Source: Bugula neritina
Lineage: Eukaryota; Animalia; Bryozoa
NCBI GenBank assembly: GCA_964035545.1
Contig: OZ037769.1
Location: 15,468,633 to 15,532,632, forward strand
Direction: 5' to 3'
DNA length: 64,000 bases
Numbering within the stretch: position 1 is the first letter of the stretch; every line of letters starts with the position of its first letter. Made by a program: the position numbers and the translations under genes. This document shows positions 15,801-27,700 of the stretch, one piece after another. The notes below the pieces were generated by a model. The model did no database searches. It was not told the DNA's origin and saw only the letters and a list, made by a program, of their open reading frames with translations.

Positions 15801-18151
15801 GGTGCTTAAACATTATGATCACAGTCACTATGAGTATGACTATTGTCTGCATCCTACATCTTTCAATCAAACAAAATTACTTCATTTTAATGTGTTGCTT
15901 TTTAAACAAAGTTTGTGGTCAGATGTACCATAGCATGTAGTGTGCTTTTGTAAAATGACATTCACTTTCAGCCGAGGGCTGAGTTGTGAAAGATATCGAA
16001 CGAATAATTATAATTATTTATTTATTTTATTTTAATTTTTATAATATTCATATTCATATTGTTATAAATTAAAATATTCCTCTTATAATAAAATTTTAAT
16101 TTTACTTTAACTTTTGCCACTCTCACGCTGTTATACTTAGTGTTACTCTTAGTGATACTGATACTCACTCTGATAGTGATAATGATAGTCTTACTCTTAG
16201 TTTATTGAAATTGAATGATATTCATTTTGATCTTTCACCCATGCACACTCTGACAGTGACTCTGACTCTCACAGTCACTATGAGAGTATGACTATGAGTT
16301 TCAGGTCTATTTTTGCCTTTATCCTAATCCTTACAGTTACACTCTACGTATGATAATGGTAAGATAGTATCACCTTAGTAAACGTATCTTCATTTTATAT
16401 ATAGAATTCATCTACTGGAACAAGATTAACATTATGATTATGCCCTGTGAGTTCTCAATTGAGCATACGTATCCTCTCAATTAGCATATAATAAACAGCC
16501 CATAGTGAAAAAGTTTGACTGTTTCACAAAGCCCTCTATTCTGGTACTCATTCATTATTTGTGATTTTCCCAATTAGCAATATCATCCAACAAGACACAA
16601 CGCCAATGTTTAAAATGAATCAAGATCCAGACTGCTCAGATTGCGTGTGATATAAAATAATTTTTTAAAACCTTTATTTCTTTAATTTCAAAACCTGCTG
16701 CACATGTTTGTCACCTTTTGTCAATATTTTAGAGTGGCAAGTGATAAATTCATTATCCAGCACCTATACTCCTCTGAAATCATGTTTGCAATATTTTTAT
16801 GCCGCTACAATGGAACATTTTGGAAGATGCAGGTTTGACTGTGATGCCTGGTAATTCAGCTTACTGCACGGAGTTTTCACAACGCGCCTGTTCAACCAGC
16901 ATAGACATGTAGACTCAATCTAAGAAATAAGCCAATCCATAACAGCTTGAGGTTACAGAAAGTCATTTGGCTCTATAATGTTGCCAGCTAATAGCCAGAG
17001 TATCCAAACTGTATGTTACTCAGTGTTTACTCTTTCTGAACAGTATGAAAAAAAATCTTGCTTGTTTTGAAACTGAGCATGTTTAAACACAAAAACTTCA
17101 TCAAATAGAAAATCTTTTGCATGTGAATTTTTATATTTTAGATAAAGTAGTTATTCATATGCCTCATCATATCAACTGTCTTGCAGATTTTAGTTAGATA
17201 TCTCTATTGATTGGATTGTTTGCTAAGTGGGGAGATAGTTTTGCGTTAGCTAAGACTCTGATGAAGCAAGAATAAGAGTTAATGCTGAAATGCAGGTAGG
17301 AATTGGGGCTAAACAAGCGTGAAGCTCATTCTATCAATTATTATATATGAAGTATAGCCTGATTTTCTATTGTTTAATTTATTTGATGCATTTTAAAAGA
17401 TTACTTTTGTTAACTTTTACCGGAACTAACAAGTTTTGATATTTTCAGCTTCTATGCATATTCGAGTTATGTTTTAGTAATTGTTTAGCTAAAAATTCTC
17501 ATAACTTGCTTTTTTAAATTTATTTTGAAGCCTTATAAACTCTGTGTTTAACATATGCAGCTTATTTTTCATTTAGAGGAAAACCAGAGGTGTGCTGTGA
17601 TTGGTTAGGGCAGAAACTGAAAGCATAAACCTGTTTAGCCTCGCCATATGCAAAGCTTGCACTCTTAACTTTAGTGGAACAGGTAGGAAACTAAATGTGT
17701 CCGGCAGTGAAATATGTTTTTTGATGCTTAAAGGTTTTACTAATAAAGCTTGACAGTTGGAAGGATTCAAAATATTTGAAGTTGCAATAAAAACCAAACC
17801 CTGATGGTACAAATATTGAAATGTTTATTGAAATATTAAAGTTTAAAATTAAAATATGAAAAATAGGAATATATACTGCAAGATTATGTTAGACTTTACT
17901 ATACTGTCACCTTGATTTAGTATTTCATCTTTTCATTATTATAATTACATGTTTAGTTTAATTTTTGTCGTTCAAGTTTTTTTAATAAATTTTGCTTAGA
18001 AAACCATTCATTTTAAACTGCGATTGTTGGCGCAACTAATTGGCAGTGTACTGAAATGCAATAATGCTGAAGATCGTTTTGTCAAAGAATTTTAGAAGAA
18101 TTTCAGAAACATTATTTTCTGACTTTGATCATGTAATTGTGAGAAGTACGG

Positions 18152-20431
18152 ATGGGAAATGATTGTTGTTCTTGTCTTTACGAGGATGGTAAGAGAGCAG
18201 AGTTTTATAAGTCTAGTCATAATTTCTTGTAAAAATTATAATTTTTATGTCAAGAATAATTTGGTTTTCAGCTCAAATAAATAGGGTTACAATTTGAAAT
18301 TCATTTGTGCAATCCGAATATGTAATGGGGAATTGAATCTGGTTTTTAAGTTCTGAATACTTTTTCTACTGATCTTTTTGGAAATGCGTCATAAGTCCGA
18401 GCCGATTAATTCACACAAAACTCTTTCTACAACAAAAGCCTGTACTTGGATAAGAGAGAGCATTTAACCCTTTCTATATAACTATTCTGTTTGACGATGG
18501 CTTTTCAGTGACTCAAATTGTAAACACAACTCTAAAACTGGAGTTGATAATTTATCAATTCATAAATTATGTATCTTACTGTTCAAATAGCTTCAGTTGG
18601 GATACTGTAAAAGCATTTTTCTACGGGAATTTAGTGTGAATGATTTTAGCAAGTATTGGTTTGTAGCAGCAGACCAAAAAACAGTGCTGAATCTTTATTG
18701 GATAAAATTATAATACTTCCTTAAGAGATTCTAATAAATATGCACTGTCTAAGGCAGCACAGACGGAACAGCAAGCAAGGTTGTGCAATGCTGCAGTAAA
18801 TAAATTGAAAATTTTCATACTGCGGAAAATCGTTTGCCATGTAAAAGATGATAATTCTGCTTGGATCGGTTTCACATAGTCTGAGTTTCACATAGTCTGA
18901 GTTTCACCTTATCTCTTTGGGCCTTTAAGGAGCGGTCACAGTTTTTTTCCAAACATAAAATTATATAAAGCAGATAACTCCAAACTATAGAATATAATTT
19001 GTTAGACAATGCATACTATGTTTATATTCACATTTAAATGCATAGTATTTGAGTTTAAATATTTGTTTACTAATAATTGTATTGATTTAACTACCCTTTA
19101 CAATATAATGGAGGCACTTACATGTCAGTAATGGGGTTCAAACCCTTACACGGGCTACACCATCTATTTGTTAGCATGACTCATATGTCACATGACTCAT
19201 ATATTTGCTGTAGATGAAGTATATTTAGAGCGACTGAGGAAGAAGCAAAAGAGAAAGCGCACTGGCAAAGTCAGCGATGCCTCTAAGATTATAAACAGAC
19301 CTCTTCCAGAAAGCAAAATAGCAGAACACAACTCCTCAAACTATGAGAAACTGAGTCAGCCACCAAAGAAAGGTAATAGTAGTCTATGTTCTATAGTAAG
19401 CGATGGTTCAGTGATGAAAGTTGTGGATATCCATCCGTGTGATATTGATGCTCAAGTTAGAATTGGGAAGAGAAATGCAGCAATTTTGAAAACATAACAG
19501 ACCGGCCATCAGTCGTAAACTTTATTCAAATTCCATAAAATATTTATTATGAAGGTCTATAGAGAACAGCATCCAGTCTCATTTCAACATCCTCATAATT
19601 TTGTTGAGTATAAACTCTTTCAATGTAGCTGTGTTGCATATTTTGTAATACTGTGTTAGAAGTGCTGAATTTCATTCATATTGTGGCCATGTGTTCTTGC
19701 TTTTTAAACTTCCATGGTATAAGAATTAATGGTAGATATAATTTTCTTAACTGTATGAAAAGTTTGCTATAGGGAATACTCGAAATGTTGCCATGTATAT
19801 CAGCTTCAACTGTCATGAGTAAGTATATTATAAGCACTTCTGGTATGAAAACTGCACATTAGGAGTTGCCTCTGCTGTGTTTGTTAATCATTTACATATC
19901 AACAAAACTTGAGTATATGGTGAATATCTACTTTTAGTGACTGAGAGTCTATCAAAGTCTACAAACAATATGAATATGAGTCTGAGTAAGACCACCTACT
20001 TGGTGGGTGACTCCAAGTCAAAGGTCAAGGCAACAATAAAGACAGAGTCTGTGAGCAGTCAGGACACGCCTGAGCCCGACCCCAATGTCACCAACACTTT
20101 GATGACTATGCCCAACATGCTGATGCAACAGCAGCAGGCATTGATAGAGCAACAGCAGCAGCAACAGCAAGCGTTGATGGAGCAGCAGCAGCAGAATATG
20201 AACTATATGATGAGTCAGCAGTTACAATCTCAACAGAGTCACATGATGAACTACATGCCTCAAAGACCAGCTACCTCGCAAATGCACTGGCTCTCGCCAC
20301 CATCCACTTCCTATCGCACGCAAGCACCAGCTATGCCTCCTCCGATGTCAATGTATTATAGAAACGCCAGTATATCACACACTCATCAGCTCCAACCAGC
20401 CCTACCAAAACGCTTTTCCTATATGTATTGA
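18152..20431 (+). CDS. Orphan protein A (~229 aa): MGNDCCSC acylation motif, polybasic stretch, Q/M/N-rich low-complexity C-terminus
   Basis: Coding exons 18152-18188, 19214-19372, 19938-20431; both introns GT-AG phase 1; total 690 nt open. Reads MGNDCCSCLYEDDEVYLERLRKKQKRKRTGK...QQQQALIEQQQQQQQ...RFSYMY*. AATAAA at 20642. Confidence 0.7.
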
Positions 20432-21003
20432 GTGATTGTATTGACTGTGTAGAAGCTGTGATAGTTCTGTATTATTTTAGAGTTGGCTTTTTTTCTCGTT
20501 AAACTGTCATCACACTAATATGTCATGTAGATGTTTCATACTAATATGTAATACAGATGTATCGCACTATGTGTCATACTAATGTGTCATATAGATATGT
20601 CACACTATGTGTCATACAGGCAATTTTTTGTATTCAACGGAAATAAAAAGTCATGGAGTTACAACATACTCTACCAATCAGGCCAGCTGTTGTTAATAAG
20701 TTCAACATCAATACTAAATATCTTTCTGCACAATAATAGATCGAATTATATTTATAGTAATTGCCAAAATAAAAATTACAAAACACTCATCATATCAAAA
20801 GTAAACTGTTCTGTTTTGATTATACAAAATACTTATTACCATTGTTGCATTCAAATTGGTTAGAATTGTAACAAGTTAGCCAACAGTAAGAACTTCGAAG
20901 AATGTAGGAAAATATTTCATGTTTTTTCGGACAAACTTTTAAAAATTAAAAATGAATGACTAGTATGCTATAATCTTGCCGTAAAATCAACGCTCCTTTA
21001 TAA

Positions 21004-22386
21004 ATGGGAAATGACTGCTGTGCTTCAGGTATAAGCAATTGTCTCCGATATTTAAATAACTTTGATAAGTTTAATTCAAATTTGCTATGGTATTTAGTTA
21101 AATACATTCTATTAAATAGCATAGGCCACAAATTTATATGTGAATGTTTGGGTATTTCTTATGCATGTATATTATATAATATTCCAATTTCTAATAATTT
21201 GTATGAGATTTTAGCAATACAAATTACAGGTACAATGTTTATAAATACAGTAAATAACTTGTAATGAGTCTCCAGTAAGACGAGAGTTAACTATATTTTG
21301 CGTCATCAGAAATGCCATAGAAGATTCAAACCTAAAAACAAATCTTATGTTATGTTAATAATTATTCTTATGGTATGCTATGCTAATAAATAATTATTAT
21401 AACAGTTTCAAAGCAGTTTTAATTTCTGTTTTGTGGTTCAGAAATTATCTCATGGCTTGTTTTTGACATGTGCAGATAACTACTCTTGCAATACCGTTGT
21501 TTGGGAAAACTGTTTTAGAAACTTGGTTTTTTATAACCTAACTTTAGGTAGCAAAACTCCTTCAAGATCAGATAGAGAGAGCGTAGTAGTGAAAGGGGGA
21601 GCAACTCCGAGAGAGCAGGTTATAGCGGTATACAGTATACATAAGTTGAGCTATGGCACATCCAAACCCAACTCTCCCAGGACAAGCGCCCGGGCTGATC
21701 ACCTTCTGATGCAGGTCAGGCAAAGCAAAGGCGACCCCTTTAGGAAGATATCTTCAAGAGTTGAAGAACCGATTACCATTGCTGATTCGGAAGAGTATGT
21801 TGTTTTTGAAGGTAGGAAATTCTGTTCCTACACTCTAACAGTAAGAACTGGAGTCACAAATGTGCAGCGTGGTGCTATTTTGGAAGTAAAATTTTAGTTA
21901 TAATAATCATTACTGGTTGCTGAGTGGAAAAAAGCAGTTAGGTGTTTAAAAACTCGTAAAATGGGAGAAGACTTCATTTCACTAGCCAGTCATAATTGAG
22001 TTAGATGTCCATTTGATGGCAGTAAGTTTTTCTGTTGCTAAAGTTTTAGATCATCTCACTGATAAGAAGAAATTTTTTTAGCATCAAATTTAGGTGTGTG
22101 TGTGTGTGTGTGTGTGCATGCGTCTGTGTGTGTGTGTAGTGTGTGTGTATGTGTGTGTGAGTGTGTGTGTGTGTGCGTTTGTGTGTGTGTAGTGTGTGTA
22201 TGTGTGTTTGTGTGTGTATGTGTGTGTGTTTGTGTATGTGCGCGCGTGTGTGTGTGGGTGAGTAGTGTACGGCTAGAAATATTGGTTGGTTAGTTGATGC
22301 TATAATTTTTCACAGCATTCTCTGGAGATTCTGTTGGAACCAAGAAACACCCAGCAAAGAAATGGATTACTAAAGTTAGCCATTAG
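21004..22386 (+). CDS. Orphan protein B (~119-143 aa) starting MGNDCCAS; probable paralogue of A
   Basis: Coding exons 21004-21028, 21548 (or 21476)-21811, 22316-22386; both introns GT-AG phase 1; frame open to TAG at 22384-22386; ends ...[14 protein letters not shown]. Confidence 0.55.
22095..22257. repeat. Imperfect (GT)n microsatellite in intron 2 of orphan B
   Basis: Directly visible. Confidence 0.95.
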
Positions 22387-23229
22387 ATTTACCTTACCAC
22401 TTTGCCTACACTAAAAGGGAGCTAACTCCAATATAATCTGCACTAAGCCTGTACATGTACATAATAATGTTTATCCACATCAAATTACTACTCAAGTCTC
22501 AGTATTACCTGTACAAACTTTTGTATACTGTTTTATATAAAGTGTTGTGAGCAATGAGAAGTATAGTTGAAGTAAAATAATTATTAAATCAATTTGAACG
22601 CAGCGAAAGAGTATAACTAATGTTGATCAACATACCAGTAGCTGATAACCAAAATGTTGAAACTTCTCCCTCCCTATGCGCTATAAACAACATTTTATTT
22701 ATTGCCATGTGAACATGATGCATTAACATAACCTCGATGCATTTACACAATAAATATATATGCATAGATTAAGAACCAGCAGTGAGTGAGATCTGGGCTA
22801 TAAAACTCAACATCCATTCTAAAAAACTTCCATCAGAAAATATAGTGTAAAAATTGTTCCGATGTTGGTATACATAAGTAGATAACAATTAGGTAAATAA
22901 AGCAGGCAGCATAAAAATTCATATTTTGTTTTGCCTGCTTTTATAAACATCAAAGTTTGCCTATAAATTAGATTTGCAAATCAGACTATCTAGAATATTA
23001 TTGAGTTATCTTTTCCTACAGTATATAAAATTCAACTGCTAAACACAAATATCATCTAATCATGATAAAAGTAGCAGAAGAAATCAGCAGAAAATTCAAG
23101 AAACTTGTAGAAAGTGAATATTTACTACAGATTTCCTCTTATTTCTACAGGTTCTCTAGATTAATAGATTTGCCCGAGACACTAGTTGAATGGCAAGCTA
23201 GGAGTAAAATATTGAGTTATCCCCCCAAG

Positions 23230-24746
23230 CTAATACTCTATTGTGACAACTTTGGTCTTCAGATACTCATTGAGTGCCTCTTGGCCTGCGAATTAATTTA
23301 TATTATATATCACACAGCATATATAATAATATAGACATAATATATTATAGATATAGACTATAGAGCATAATATAATAATATAAACATAGTAGATTGTAGA
23401 GCATATTGTAGATATAGAACATATAATAATATAAACATCTCACCCAGATCCTTGCCGAAACCTGACTGTTTAAACCCACCGAAGGGAGTGGCTACGTCCG
23501 TCTTGTTGTAAGTATTGACAAAGCATGTGCCTGCTTCTAGCCTACTAGCTACAAGTATATTGTGATAGGGAGTAGACAACTACAATACTATGATAAAGAG
23601 TAGACAACTACAATACCATGATAAAGAGTAGACAACTACAATACTATGATAGAGAGTAGACAACTACCATACTATGATAAAGAGTAGACAACTACAATAC
23701 CATGATAAAGAGTAGACAACTACAATACCATGATAAAGAGTAGACAACTACAATACTATGATAGAGAGTAGACAACTACCATACTATGATAAAGAGTAGA
23801 CAACTACCATACTATGATAAAGAGTAGACAACTACAATACCATGATAAAGAGAAGACAACTATCATATTTCAATGAAGAGTATACAACTACCATACTATG
23901 ATATAAAGTAGACAACTACATTACTATGATAAAGAGAAGACAACTACCATACTATGATAAAGAGAAGACAACTACAATACCATGATAACGAGAAGACAAC
24001 TATCATATTTCAATAAAGAGCAGACAACTACAATACTATGGTATAAAGTAGGCCATTACCTTACTATGATGAAGCGTAGAAAATTACTATAATATAAAGA
24101 GTATACAACTACCATACTATGTGCAGATAATACTAATGACTGCTACTTACACACTTCTAGAGCTTTACTCAAGTCGTTAGTGAAGACGCCAGAGGCGAGA
24201 CCAAACTCGGAGTCGTTTGCACTTCGGATTACGCCGTCCACATCCCTGGAATGAAATGAGATAAACTTTATACTAACACGTGAAGCTTAACTGAGCCAAA
24301 TCTATTCAACAGTTCAGTTTGATGATGTTGAAACCATCCCAAATTCAAAACTACAACTAACAGCATTTATAACTTCTGAGAGCAGAGCAGATATGGAGGA
24401 ACATTTCCAGCACTTGTATTAAACAGCGTCCTGTTAAATTAGCATTAGTACTAGACTCGTTGCCATTTTCAGCTCAATATTTCCAGATATAGTATAATAA
24501 TTAACCAAGGTTCTCAATACTATAGGCAGGGGCGATGTACTCACCCATCCGTAAAATGTGAGATGACCATGATAGGTCCAAATGACTCTTCTGTCGCCAC
24601 AAACATGTGGTCGTGCACGTCTGTTAGTATTGTAGGCTCAAAGAATAAACCAGGCCTATCCAATTGACGGCCACCATACACCAGTCTAGCTCCTTCCTTC
24701 ACACCAGCCTATATAGATTAGCTGAACTAAACATCGGTCTACATAA

Positions 24747-24783
<37 letters not shown>

Positions 24784-27700
24784 CGCGTGTGTGTATGTGC
24801 GTGTGTGTATGTGCGTGTGTGTATGCCTGTGAGAGAGTGTGTGTGTGTGAAAGAGAGAGTGTGTGTGTGTTGTGTGTGTGCGTGTGTGTACATGTGCGTG
24901 TGTTGTGTGTGTGCGTGTGTGTACATGTGCGTGTGTTGTGTGTGTGTGTGTGTATGTGTGTGTGTATGTATGTGCGTGTGTGTATGTGCGTGTGTGTATG
25001 TGCGTGTGTGTATGCCTGTGAGAGAGTGTGTGTGTGTGTGTGTGTGTGTGAAAGAGAGAGTGTGTTGTGTGTGTGTGTGCGTGTGTGTGTGTGTCTGTGT
25101 GCGTGTGTGTACATGTGCGTGTGTTGTGTGTGTGTGCGTGTGTGTGTGTGTCTGTGTGTGTGTGCGTGTGTGTACATGTGCGTGTGTTGTGTGTGTGTGT
25201 GTGTTGTGTGTGTGTGTGTGTTAGCACAGTAGATCTGGCTCTCACACATGCGAGTTCAACTCACCTCGACGTAAGCCTGTAAACTCTTCAAATGAGCCAA
25301 ATGATTTTGAGGGCCATGGTCTACAGAGCGATCTAGCGGATCCCCTATCTTCATTTTCTTAGTTTCCTGTACGACTCTTTCAATGAACTCATCGTGTATG
25401 CTTTCCTCCACAAAGATTCTTCCTGCGGCGATACAGTTCTCTCCCTTGTTGAAGAACACGCCACTCATTGCCTGCAGCCAAACATACAGCAGTAGTTACA
25501 AGTTTTAATTTTCATTTTCTTAAAGTTAGTAGAAACTTCTAGAAAAATAGTATATTAGATAGAACTCAACTCAACTTAAAACAACAAAAATAAAGTGAAC
25601 TCTAATTGTACATGCATATAATACACCTGTGGGTTTAAAAACAGATTTAACTTCAATTTGTGTCGTTGAAGCTTAGTCAATAAAACTGAAAAGGAGAAGC
25701 CATAAGCTGTGAGAAGTCACAACTAAGAAGCTAAGTGCTGGACTAACCATTCTAACAGCTTTGTTCAAGTCACAGTCAGCGAATATGATGAGAGGAGACT
25801 TCCCACCGAGTTCTAGAGACACTTTCTTTAAGTTACTCTGTGCACAGCTCGTCATGATTGTCTTTCCCACAGGAGTGGATCCAGTGAAACCCAACTTACG
25901 TACATCTGGGTGATCAGCAATGCCTTGTCCAACCACTCCCCCTGTTGACAAAATATTCAAATATGTTTTCTATCCCTCAGCAAATCGAAATATAAAAGTT
26001 GAATGGACATAAGCTTCTAGTACAGCTCTTAGCTAACTAACACTAACTAGAGGAATAGTTGAACAATTACTCTCAGTTAAACAACTTTTATCAATTTTCA
26101 TAAAACCTGAGTTTAGAATATTCAAATTGTAAAAATAATAAAATTTAAACCTTTTTTGATTAAACAATAATAAAGCTAAGGCCAAAAAGAATTAACCCAC
26201 CATTCTTACTTGAATTGTAAATTTTAGCTAAAACTGATTAACCAATCAGAATCCTACTTAGATTACATTAGCTAATTTAAGGAACTAGCACGTTACTCTA
26301 CTCTAGAAAGTGACTCATTACCTGACCCGGGAAGTATATTGATGACCCCAGCGGGGAAACCAGCTCTCGCTGCCAACTCAGCAAACTTAAGTGAAGTCAG
26401 TGGAGTGACTTGAGCAGGTTTCAGCACCACAGTGTTTCCAGCGGCTAGACAGGGGGAAATCTTCCACGCCAACATCATGAGGGGATAATTCCAAGGAGTA
26501 ATAATACCACAGACACTAAAGAAGACAGTGATTATGTGTCTACATAGAAGTGGGTTGGAAAGTCAGCAGGTGTGACAGCATTGCATGCAGTCACTTCTTT
26601 TGTATTCACAATAACATGTGGAATAGACTAGAGAGTTGAGTCATAAACCGAGTCATACATTAAGCATTAAATTAAGTCATTGTTAAGTCAGAGCCGAGTC
26701 ATGGTCAAGTAATAAACTGAGTCATAAACTAAGTCATAAACCGAGTCATACGTTAAGCCTTAAATTGAGTCATTGTTGAGTCAGAGCCGAGTCATAAACC
26801 ATAGTCATCGCTGAGTCATAAACTAAGCCATTGCCGAGTCATAAATTGAGTCATTGTTAAGACATAAACTGAGTCATCATCAAGTAATAAACTAAGTAAT
26901 CGCCTAGTCATAAACTGAGTCATTGTTAAGTCATAAACTGAGTCATCTACTAACCCAATAGGTTCCCTGCGTGTGTAGGACAGATTATGGTTGGGTTTGG
27001 CATGGTTTATTGGTATGGTTAAACCGTGAATCTTATCGCACCATCCAGCAAAATATCGGATGGTAGATATAGACATGCCGATATGAGTCTTAAGAGCCAG
27101 AGTGTACACAGCTCCACTGTCCAGTGTCTCCAGAGTAGCCAGCTCTTCCTGGTGCTCCTCCATCAGGTCGGCTAGTCTAAACATAGCTCAGAATATTACA
27201 GCAAACAGTCGGGTGGACTATCCAACCCCCAACTACGATGATATAGATAATAAGCAATAGAATTTGTCTCCACATGCCATAATCTATAGTATGCTAATTT
27301 GAGGGTTGAATTAAGTAAGTATCAAGTATATTACTCCTGAGTACTAACTTGAACATCAGCTGACCTCTATCTCTTGCATTCATGTCCTTCCACTCCTCAA
27401 ACGCATTCTGTGAAACACGCAGCAATATGAGTTAGAATTTATTGCTATTGAAATAATTTATCATAAATTAGACTAATTATCAATTTCAGAGGCCAAACAT
27501 ATTATCTGTAAATATTTGCAAACTTATGCTATCTACACAAGTTTAAGTATGCACAACTTCATTTATAACGTAATGTGAGATTACAACTTTTAAATGTAAT
27601 ACTATTATAACTAGAGAATTGTTAGATCTAAAACTATGTCTAAAGTCCTCGTTGGATAACATAATGTACACAAGAGAAGACAACCACTAACCTTGGCACA

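Noticed and set aside
17187-17295. Coding exon upstream of orphan A
   Set aside because: Good splice sites but stops in all frames from the best acceptor; at most a 5' UTR exon.
19110-19165. tRNA/SINE-like GGGGTTCAAACCC...CACCA
   Set aside because: Only a T-loop/B-box-like fragment; no cloverleaf or A box.
24315-24385. Box C/D snoRNA (TGATGA...CTGA)
   Set aside because: On the strand opposite the host gene, with no terminal stem or recognisable guide.
24664-25282. Cys/Val- and His/Thr-rich ORFs of up to 187 aa
   Set aside because: Translations of a (GT)n microsatellite inside an ALDH1L2 intron; the same applies to 22096-22293.
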